Below are positions 57,101-64,000 of a DNA stretch of 64,000 bases, one piece after another. The notes under the pieces were generated by a model that was not told the origin of the DNA, made no database searches, and saw only the letters and a list, made by a program, of their open reading frames with translations. The DNA comes from a virus (taxonomy: Duplodnaviria > Caudoviricetes), in IMG/VR virus record IMGVR_UViG_3300021255_000040, positions 59,181-123,180 of that record; one strand, given 5' to 3'. The translations under genes were made by a program, and so were the position numbers. The stretch's first letter is position 1, and the number at the start of each line of letters is the position of its first letter.

Positions 57101-60100
57101 CATCAATGACCTTCTCCAGATTAGTCATAATGTCATCCCTGTTATTAGCATTCTCTACGACCTGCTCAACATTCCTCATGACATTATCCTTCCACTGCTG
57201 ACTTTCCTCTGCATTATCAATTACAGCCTTGACATCAGCAACAGTATTACCCCATTCCTTAGCATCTTGCACTTGTTGCTGATACTGAGGCAACATACTA
57301 TCATTCTCTATAATATCTAATAAGGTGGGACTCATCTTCCTCAAAGCCCTGAAGACAAACTCATTCTTCTGGTCTTGACTGACATCATCATGTCCCTTCA
57401 TACCTTCCTCAAACTGATTAATGAAATCTGCCACAGTCTCAGCATTCCTTTGGTTAATCAGCTTATAGGCAGTATCAGCTTCCTGTGCTCTCTGTGCTTC
57501 CAATGCTACAGCAGCAGCCTCAGGATTCTGCGCCATTCTGCTATAAGCATCCTCATTAGCTGCAATCCTCTGTGACAGTCTAGCAATATCCTGTATCTTA
57601 CTCAGAGCATCACCATCTCTCATCAATAGTCTCTGTTCCAACTTAGAGATTTCCCTTTGTTGTGCATCACTGTAGAGTTGCCTGTTCTCAGGATTCAACA
57701 TCCTAGCTCTTGTCACAGGGTCAAGACCAAATATCTCATCAGCAGTCAATACCTTTTCCTGATACTTACCACTCTCATCTTGAGCCTGATTGTTCAGAGC
57801 CTCAATGACTTTATTCTTCTTCTCAGTAGTCCTAGTACCAAGGTCTCTCAGATAAGCCTCCTGCTGAACAGCATCATCGTATTTAGCCTGAGCTTCTTCC
57901 TGAGCTTTCTGAGTATTGTATTTCTCCTCACTGGTCTTAGCAGCTTTCCTATTGGCAACCGCTTCATCCAGTTTATCCTTCAAGTCCTGAGTCTTTTGCT
58001 TCTGCTCTTCCAGCTCTTTCTGAAGTTCATCCTGTTGCTTATCATATACCTTAATAAGAGCTTCAGCACTCTTCCTGCCACCAACAGAAGGAATTAGATT
58101 CTCCTGACTAACATCACCTGTAATGTCAGCAGTATCATCCAGCTCATCCTGCATCTTCTGCACTCTTTCTCTCCAATGAGGATTCAGAGCCTGATTCATC
58201 TTCATCTTAGCCCTTACAGCAGGATCAATTCTCTTGCCAAGGTTTCTTTCTATCTTCTGAACTTCCTGCTCTGCCTTGTCATAAGCCTCTGAAGCCTCTT
58301 GCAGTTTCTGGGCATTCTGACTAATCTGATAAAGAGCCAACTGGTTATTAGCCTCACTTTGCACTACACCAGGATTATTGGCATAATACTGAGCCAGCAT
58401 ATTATTAACCTCCTCCTCGGTGAAAGCATTTTCACCTTCCATCTGCATATTAGCAGCTTTGGCAATAAAGTCCTTAGTATTCTGAATCACACTACTCAGA
58501 GTTGTGGGGTCATTCTGATTCTGTGCCAGCTGGTTTAAGGCATTTACTGCATTAATAGCCTTCACAAACCTCATGGTCTTCTGTTCTCCCACAGTCTCTG
58601 CATTATCCAGAGCAATATCAGAAGTCACCAAGTCCTCAATTACCTTGAAATCATCATAGTCATCCAACAGGTTATTCACATAGTCTGCATGATTCTGAAG
58701 GTCTCTTTCATTCTGCTTAGCTCCATAGTAAGTATTCAGCACACCATTCTGAATGAAATAGTTAAACCTGTCTCTCCAGTTCTCTCTCAGACTGACATCC
58801 TCATACTGAACATTACCCTGTTCATCCCTCATCACACTGCCATCTTCATTTCTCTTGGCTCTTTGCTGGAAGTTATTCTTGTAAGCCTGTCTGCCTTCCT
58901 TGGTAAAGTAGTGAACAATGTTGGTCATATTGGGAGTAAAGCTCAAGATACTACCTAAACCACCAACAGTAGCAGCATTCCAAGTAGTCTCCTGACCCAA
59001 AGAGTTATTCAGACCTTTCCAATAAGAGTACAGACCATCAGCAAAACCATAGGTATCTGCCATAGACTCTCCATTCTCAAAGGCATTAAGGTATCTGTCA
59101 AAGCTGTCAGCATTGATTCTCTCAGCAGCATCCACCATCATATCATCAGTGCCATTAGTCCAAGCACCTCCCCATATCTGGCTACCTGCTATCTTACCCA
59201 TCTGCTTCCACTTCTGTCCATTGGTTAGGAACTTACTTGTCTCAGTAGCCAATCTCTGCCTACCTGCTGGAGTAGTAACTTCTCTCAGTCCCTGTAATCC
59301 TGCTGCTACTTTATTCTTCAAACCAGTAGGGTTAGTATAGAACCATTTCCTGAAACCGACAGTATTCACCAATCCATACTTAATAGCCTCAGGTAAGAAA
59401 GTCATTGTAGCAGTCTCCCCTGCTGAATTGATAGCTTCATTCTGCAATGCTGCATACTCATCAGAACCCTTCAAGTCAGTCAGTTTCTTCTGAACCATTT
59501 CACCCAGTACAGCTTGCTGTGCTCTAGCTCTCAGCATCTCATCCAGTTTAGCTTCATCAACCAACTGTCCCTGCTCACCCATCTGAGCCATATACTCAGC
59601 CTTCATACTTGCAGCTCTGGCATCAATCAAAGCATCTACTTGAGCCTTATATTGCTCATCATTCTGATACTGGTCATAGATTTCCTGTTTACTCCTATTA
59701 AGAGCTGTCTCTTCAGCATTGGCTAAGTTCTGAGCCAGTGTTTCTTGGAAGGCTCCACGCTCATAAGCATAAGCAATACCTCCTGCACCTGTCAGTCCTT
59801 GAATCAAAGAACCTGCACCTGTCTGAGCAGTAAGATGTCTGCCAGTCCAGTTCATTGCCTGACCAAGGCCTCTACCCAATCTGCCTACCTTACTGGCAGT
59901 ACTCAGTGTCTTACCAAGCAGTCCCATACCAAAGGGAAGCAACTGAGCAGCACCATCAGCCAGACCAAAGCTCATCATCTTGAAGGATTCATACATTAAG
60001 TCAGAATCATCATTGGGATTATAAGCTACCTTGTAAGGACTGCTTCCCAGTTTCTCATATTGCTTCTGCTCATCATTGTCCAGCGTACCAAACTGTTCTG

Positions 60101-61349
60101 CTCTTGTCCAATACTGAGGATTCAAGGTTAGCCATTCTAAACCTAAATCACCAATATCCTTACCATCCTCAGTTTTACCCATATTATGTAAGGTAGTACG
60201 ATCAATCTCCATCTGATGAACAGGGTGCAACTTACCATCTGCTCCCTGACCATAAGTGTATTGACCATTCTGCTCTGTAACAATAGTACTTGCATCTACT
60301 ATATTACCTTGGTCATCTACCCACACTCTTGGCTTATCACCTACAGCATCAGCAGCCATGAGTCCAAGATTATAGATACTGTTTACCTTGTCAGCAGTAT
60401 AACTCATAGCAGAGATACCTACATCCTTGGCAAACAGACCAAATCTCTTCAGACTTCCCTGATGCTCCTTGATATATCTCTTGGCATCATTGTTCAATGC
60501 AGTAGCAGCCATATCAGGACTCATGTATTGCTCATAGACTTTCTTCTTAGCAAGAACCTGTCGCATGTCATCCACACTGAAGTCCTCCATTTCTGAAGTA
60601 ACATCACTATCAGAACCATTGCCATAGTGAGAAGCATATTCAGGAATACCCATATTGCCTTCATAACTGCCAGGAGTGATAGCTTGAACAAAAGCAGCCT
60701 TTACCTGCTCATCACTCATGCCCATAATATCACCCTGACTATAAGCATTGCTCACTGCATCACCCAGAGCCTTGGCATAGTCATCTATATCATCGTTATA
60801 GATATTGTCCAAAGTCCTGTTGTTTCTCTCTGTAGCTCTCTGTCTGGCAGCTTCACCAGTTTCTTCTGCTACAGCCATAGCCTGACTCAAACCACCAATG
60901 TTTAAGAATGGGTCAATAGAAGTGTTACCTTTGTCATCCCTGATAATACCTCTCAAATCATCAGATTTCTTCTTCCACTCTGTATCAAATTCCTTAGGAG
61001 TCAACCAATCACTTTCAAGAAGCTTCTGTTTGGCATCTGTTGACATCATGCCATACTTCATCTTCCATTGGTCATCCATCTCTCCATACAGATTATCCCA
61101 CTCTTCATTGACCACATCTTCCCTGAGCAACTTATTTCTCATGTCAAAATCAGGAATAGCCTTAAACTGGTCTACTCCATAACGGTCAATAAACATCTTG
61201 TTGCTGTACAGATTACTAATATAGGCAGGGTCATACGCATGTTTTGAAATAAGTGCATCATTCTTCTTCACAAAAGCATCATAGTCTTGCTGTGACAGGC
61301 TACCTATTCCTTGCAGACCCTTCAGTCCCTTTGGTGTTATAATTGGCAT
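54111..61349 (-). CDS. Giant virion/ejection (cargo) protein, 2412 aa
   Basis: Gly/Ala-rich hydrophobic N-terminal third, long coiled coils and a globular C-terminus; in the structural strand. Confidence 0.7.
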   Translation of the reverse strand: MPIITPKGLKGLQGIGSLSQQDYDAFVKKNDALISKHAYDPAYISNLYSNKMFIDRYGVDQFKAIPDFDMRNKLLREDVVNEEWDNLYGEMDDQWKMKYGMMSTDAKQKLLESDWLTPKEFDTEWKKKSDDLRGIIRDDKGNTSIDPFLNIGGLSQAMAVAEETGEAARQRATERNNRTLDNIYNDDIDDYAKALGDAVSNAYSQGDIMGMSDEQVKAAFVQAITPGSYEGNMGIPEYASHYGNGSDSDVTSEMEDFSVDDMRQVLAKKKVYEQYMSPDMAATALNNDAKRYIKEHQGSLKRFGLFAKDVGISAMSYTADKVNSIYNLGLMAADAVGDKPRVWVDDQGNIVDASTIVTEQNGQYTYGQGADGKLHPVHQMEIDRTTLHNMGKTEDGKDIGDLGLEWLTLNPQYWTRAEQFGTLDNDEQKQYEKLGSSPYKVAYNPNDDSDLMYESFKMMSFGLADGAAQLLPFGMGLLGKTLSTASKVGRLGRGLGQAMNWTGRHLTAQTGAGSLIQGLTGAGGIAYAYERGAFQETLAQNLANAEETALNRSKQEIYDQYQNDEQYKAQVDALIDARAASMKAEYMAQMGEQGQLVDEAKLDEMLRARAQQAVLGEMVQKKLTDLKGSDEYAALQNEAINSAGETATMTFLPEAIKYGLVNTVGFRKWFYTNPTGLKNKVAAGLQGLREVTTPAGRQRLATETSKFLTNGQKWKQMGKIAGSQIWGGAWTNGTDDMMVDAAERINADSFDRYLNAFENGESMADTYGFADGLYSYWKGLNNSLGQETTWNAATVGGLGSILSFTPNMTNIVHYFTKEGRQAYKNNFQQRAKRNEDGSVMRDEQGNVQYEDVSLRENWRDRFNYFIQNGVLNTYYGAKQNERDLQNHADYVNNLLDDYDDFKVIEDLVTSDIALDNAETVGEQKTMRFVKAINAVNALNQLAQNQNDPTTLSSVIQNTKDFIAKAANMQMEGENAFTEEEVNNMLAQYYANNPGVVQSEANNQLALYQISQNAQKLQEASEAYDKAEQEVQKIERNLGKRIDPAVRAKMKMNQALNPHWRERVQKMQDELDDTADITGDVSQENLIPSVGGRKSAEALIKVYDKQQDELQKELEEQKQKTQDLKDKLDEAVANRKAAKTSEEKYNTQKAQEEAQAKYDDAVQQEAYLRDLGTRTTEKKNKVIEALNNQAQDESGKYQEKVLTADEIFGLDPVTRARMLNPENRQLYSDAQQREISKLEQRLLMRDGDALSKIQDIARLSQRIAANEDAYSRMAQNPEAAAVALEAQRAQEADTAYKLINQRNAETVADFINQFEEGMKGHDDVSQDQKNEFVFRALRKMSPTLLDIIENDSMLPQYQQQVQDAKEWGNTVADVKAVIDNAEESQQWKDNVMRNVEQVVENANNRDDIMTNLEKVIDDVQNPQVAQDFEKVLNGLEQLGYQRDATVIESRKQRKEREAAEAQRKKEAEEDAKIAAAEAQAKAQEAANAQPAQEVAPDGSNLQAPWDVAPIDQSEETAEQRGELSEELDLNKPIVTKPSYHSSMKSQIGEKKSNWDYYTESDKETRQTKEGKVILGIAMQGTLQPAINYAVDAGVLDKGYKLSDAIPSMENSTKVREATKALKDLGINTPQQLIEFVEQNDGKNLEDNKKADSSVNNNVEASHIIDNGESVQGKSATINEQMSEANEGKEVHSSEETTDYAAQNGTGEHVIETSATSLSGNAMSEYKSASLQNEGKLEHKKGENPTDSMSRYFAWMDAAGIKLQNIIDEELGLILKQNPHAKVKFMVVRPDRNATNDVDMKTHLLLVLDYDNKVNKGITNIHNDENGGVLESNGKKYLVIGTVGYGNRNADKLALYDILFSNNPRSTNGYGLVKRGQGEFFRTHPEERFYVPENLSTEVVPQSLIPGYIVKQLETDGNPEFRSIRDLLTDKERNPQGLEMQDLAWGIQERTQFLVVGTNLANVMIPRNPDANSGSAFVLISASNGKMVPSYLKPLFYNEMMDGALKDRVEELLGNVTSPNYATRLQAVIDLSNIFYMDKEGDTILLMKSKNVVSLVHDGKTFKTFVLDENFDRQAFMEAMVEMNPRVNITKSVLQSNVLLQQYDEAGALLTDIARMTTAGSSYSVYGLDAQGQMLKPEVVNNDIPRTGSNSDFRNGDRTQVVFKHQYYNYDRNEGRYYLNGIPVTDETMVRSLDYNRRVIKGGIAPVESSGVWNTYILGSKEHPEAVKIHRNTKEVKEVSDAEALQLIEKIEKENAERERAEAAKAALEATKVEDVDILGEEEGMVVDDETGELITPDELRQRQEARLSEKEKKEGEEEAPAQPQRQEDKLHKSGAQLESSGSQGATQNFNTLAKSRQWRKQVSLTLKQKWPETSKMSMEELKQFLKGKNVEVDAIETSDTAVLAWIDTIINCR

Positions 61350-61366
61350 ACTTCTACTCTTTTAGT

Positions 61367-62761
61367 TTATTCTGGAATGTCATTTAAACCATCATCTTCA
61401 CTACCTCCACCAGCAGCTCCACTGCCTTGATTTCTGTTCTGAGTGATAATCTTTCTAGGCACAAGTTCTACACTAGCTTCAGTATCATTGAACAGTCCAC
61501 CACTATAAGGTTGGAAATAATAGTCATACAAATGCTGCTTACCATCACCCACCAATGGAGCAATAGCTTTCTTCACATAGGTTGGCAGTCTATCATAAGA
61601 GTAAAGCACTCCAGGATGGTTAGTGTCATCACTGGCTACTGCCTCTACATTATAATCATCATCAGCATCACCATTAGTATCAGCAGGATTATTACCATTC
61701 CAAGTGAATTTCACTCTACCACCAGTCTGAGTATCTTTCATGGTTGAACTGCCACCACCTCTACTACCAGTTCCTTTAGCAGCTGCAACAGCCTGAGCCT
61801 TTCTCAAAGTAACATCCTTCTTGGGATCATAAGTCCAGTTACCATCTTCATCTTGAGTGTAACCAGCCATAGCAATCTGCATATTGTGCTGCCTTACACT
61901 CTCATTATGATTAGCCCAACCTCTAGCACTAGAGTCTCTCTCACTGGCTGACATCACTCCAGCATCCCTTACAGGCTTCACACTCTCCTGATATACTGCA
62001 CCATCAATAATACCATTGAGCACACTCTGTCTGGCTCTCTCAAGATTGCTGCCACTAAGGTTTTCCAGCACTCCTCTCTCCTGAAGAATAGCATCAGCAG
62101 CCTGTTGCAGTTCTGGTATGGCAGCAGCATTAGCACGAAAGGCATTGATACTGTCAGCACTATAGCCATTTCTCTCAACCCATTTCCTGTAATATCCCCC
62201 AAGAGTAGAGCCTTCATCACCAGCACTGTATATCCTAGAAGATGCAGCCTTGCCAGCAGCAGCTCCTCTGGTATAGAGTTCTGTACCACTAATATTATAA
62301 AGGTTAGGAGTGTTGCCATCCAAGAAGCTGTCAATGCTTAGATTATCCAGAGCATAGAGCATACTGGAGTCTTTAGCACTCATTTGTCTCCTCAGTTTCC
62401 TTTCCTCTTGCAATGCCTGGTCAGCCAAATCCAGTCTGCCAATCTCTCCTTGATACCTTCTCTTCAGGTTGGTTAAAGCTCTGCGATTACTCATGGAAAG
62501 ACCATTCTTTGCTAAGTCTTCTGCCTGCTGATTCAGTTCATTGGCATAACCTTCATAGATTTGTCTGCTCTGGCTTCCCTCAGGCAGTGTCTGACTGAGA
62601 TATTTGAACTTATCAGCCTTTGATGACAAATCCTCATAGGCACTCTCCATCTTCTCAAAGTTCTCCTTATACATCAACATAGGTGTCAGGAGTTCCTGCA
62701 TGGAGAATGGCTGGAAGCTGCTGTCAATGGTGAAGCTGTAATTATTATGTCTGTACGGCAT
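61367..62761 (-). CDS. Virion/cargo protein
   Basis: FQPFSMQELLTP N-terminal motif; lies between the portal and the giant protein. Confidence 0.65.
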   Translation of the reverse strand: MPYRHNNYSFTIDSSFQPFSMQELLTPMLMYKENFEKMESAYEDLSSKADKFKYLSQTLPEGSQSRQIYEGYANELNQQAEDLAKNGLSMSNRRALTNLKRRYQGEIGRLDLADQALQEERKLRRQMSAKDSSMLYALDNLSIDSFLDGNTPNLYNISGTELYTRGAAAGKAASSRIYSAGDEGSTLGGYYRKWVERNGYSADSINAFRANAAAIPELQQAADAILQERGVLENLSGSNLERARQSVLNGIIDGAVYQESVKPVRDAGVMSASERDSSARGWANHNESVRQHNMQIAMAGYTQDEDGNWTYDPKKDVTLRKAQAVAAAKGTGSRGGGSSTMKDTQTGGRVKFTWNGNNPADTNGDADDDYNVEAVASDDTNHPGVLYSYDRLPTYVKKAIAPLVGDGKQHLYDYYFQPYSGGLFNDTEASVELVPRKIITQNRNQGSGAAGGGSEDDGLNDIPE

Positions 62762-62773
62762 ATCTACTCCTCC

Positions 62774-64000
62774 TTATTTTTTAGTTGAACTATTTTTCTT
62801 AACTTGAATCTCTTTCTCCTTGAGTCTGGCATCATCTGACTGCTTCTTCTTATCAAGGTCAAGCTTGGCATTAAACTGACGAGCCTGCTCAGCCAGCTTC
62901 TCTCTTTCAAGAACATTGGCTTCATCATTGTCATGGTTCATCAGGACAAGCCTATCTGCCTCAGCCTGAGAATTAATCTGCGCAACAAGTATCTCAGTCT
63001 GCAACTTCTCAGTATGCATCCTATACTCCATATCCAGCTTAGCCTGTTCCATTTGCATCTTGGCTTGCAGTTCCTGCTGCTGTTGCTGAAGCTGTTGAGC
63101 CTGTTGCTGCTGTGCCATCTCCTGCATCTTCTGTTCATCCAGTTCAATGATACGCTGCTTCTCAGCCAGTGAGGTAGTGGTGTAAAGCTTCATGATAGCA
63201 CTCATTGAGTTAGTTCTGTTCTGTAATGCTGCCTGACCCATCATGTCCAGCTTCTGATTTAGCTCCTGACTGCCATTAGAGTTATCCACTACCAGTCCAT
63301 AATCACATTCTGCAAACTCATCACCATCAAATTCTACCAACTGCTTTGAGCCATCACTCAAGATATAGTCAAACTTTATCTTCCTGCCCTTGAAGGCTAT
63401 CTTGGCAGTTTCAAGGATACACTCCAGCACTCTCTTTTTCACACTCTCATGGGGGAAGAACAGCCACTCTGTACTGTGTGAACTCTGGAGGGTAGCTCTC
63501 TCAACACCACCTACAGTTTCTCTGTTACTTATCTGACCTTCACGTTGCTTGGAGATACCTGCCAGTTCACCAGTCTGATTGCTAATCCACTCCAGCAGAT
63601 TGATGTACTGCACAATCTCATTGCCCAGTGAAGCATCTATCACACCACTTGAAGCATTGTTCAGTCCACCTGCCAGCTTACCTGTTGCAGCACCAATGTC
63701 ACCCTCCTTAAAACTATCCTTTACTGCAACACCATGAGTAGTGAGGAAGTAAAGCCACTTGTCTGGATCCCATCCTTTAGGTGTCTTGGCAAAGTCAAGC
63801 TCTATCACCTTACCATGATTCCTTGCAAGAGTCTTGTTCAGTCTGTCCTGCACCACATCATAGAGGTAAGCATAGGGTTTCATAATATCAACCAGTGAGA
63901 AAGGAGTATCCCCATCACGGCTGTATATCTGACCAATAATACCAAAGTGACATCTTGAAGGATTGCTCAACCTGTTATACTGCACAGGTCTTGGACGCAT
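62774..64000 (-). CDS. Portal protein, C-terminal part (5' end outside window)
   Basis: SLVDIMKPY.YLYD and GISKQREGQI..RETVGGVERA; Gln-rich C-terminal barrel coiled coil, typical of crAss portals. Confidence 0.88.
   Translation of the reverse strand: MRPRPVQYNRLSNPSRCHFGIIGQIYSRDGDTPFSLVDIMKPYAYLYDVVQDRLNKTLARNHGKVIELDFAKTPKGWDPDKWLYFLTTHGVAVKDSFKEGDIGAATGKLAGGLNNASSGVIDASLGNEIVQYINLLEWISNQTGELAGISKQREGQISNRETVGGVERATLQSSHSTEWLFFPHESVKKRVLECILETAKIAFKGRKIKFDYILSDGSKQLVEFDGDEFAECDYGLVVDNSNGSQELNQKLDMMGQAALQNRTNSMSAIMKLYTTTSLAEKQRIIELDEQKMQEMAQQQQAQQLQQQQQELQAKMQMEQAKLDMEYRMHTEKLQTEILVAQINSQAEADRLVLMNHDNDEANVLEREKLAEQARQFNAKLDLDKKKQSDDARLKEKEIQVKKNSSTKK

Noticed and set aside
63070-63130. CAG/CTG-like repeat tract
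   Set aside because: It encodes the ordinary Gln-rich coiled coil of the portal C-terminus.
1-64000. Stop-codon reassignment (TAG or TGA), known in some crAss-like phages
   Set aside because: Very long ORFs (3728, 2412 and 1297 aa) are intact under the standard code, and TAA, TAG and TGA all end genes at sensible boundaries.
1-64000. tRNA genes, CRISPR arrays, DGR/reverse transcriptase, integrase
   Set aside because: None recognised by eye; intergenic space is minimal. A tRNAscan run would be needed to exclude tRNAs formally.

Overview
This is a 64 kb segment of a crAss-like (Crassvirales) bacteriophage genome. It uses the standard genetic code, and repeated TAnnTTTG promoter boxes point to a Bacteroidota host. 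Positions 1-31.6 kb (+ strand) hold a replication and nucleotide-metabolism block: DnaB-like helicase (partial), AAA ATPase, SSB, primase, rIIA/rIIB-like genes, UDG, PD-(D/E)XK nucleases, NrdD/NrdG, dUTPase, aspartyl protease, PolA and ThyX, plus many small accessory ORFs and three free-standing HNH endonucleases. The rIIB-like gene is split into three exons by two related group I introns, one carrying a LAGLIDADG and one a GIY-YIG homing endonuclease. Positions 31.7-46.8 kb hold a 3728-aa virion RNA polymerase and a 1297-aa partner protein. Positions 46.9-64 kb (mostly - strand) hold a lysis cassette, an inverted modular zincin protein, a 2412-aa virion/cargo protein and the 3' part of the portal gene. 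The most notable observation is that the RNA polymerase carries an N-terminal chain of domains: kinase, Dda/RecD-like helicase, NADAR and a possible SAM-lyase-like domain. The two domains most likely to be toxic each have a small +1-frame ORF nested inside the RNAP coding sequence, preceded by an internal host-type promoter box. This suggests an injected anti-defence polyprotein with embedded inhibitor genes. All product calls come from motif recognition by eye; no searches were run.
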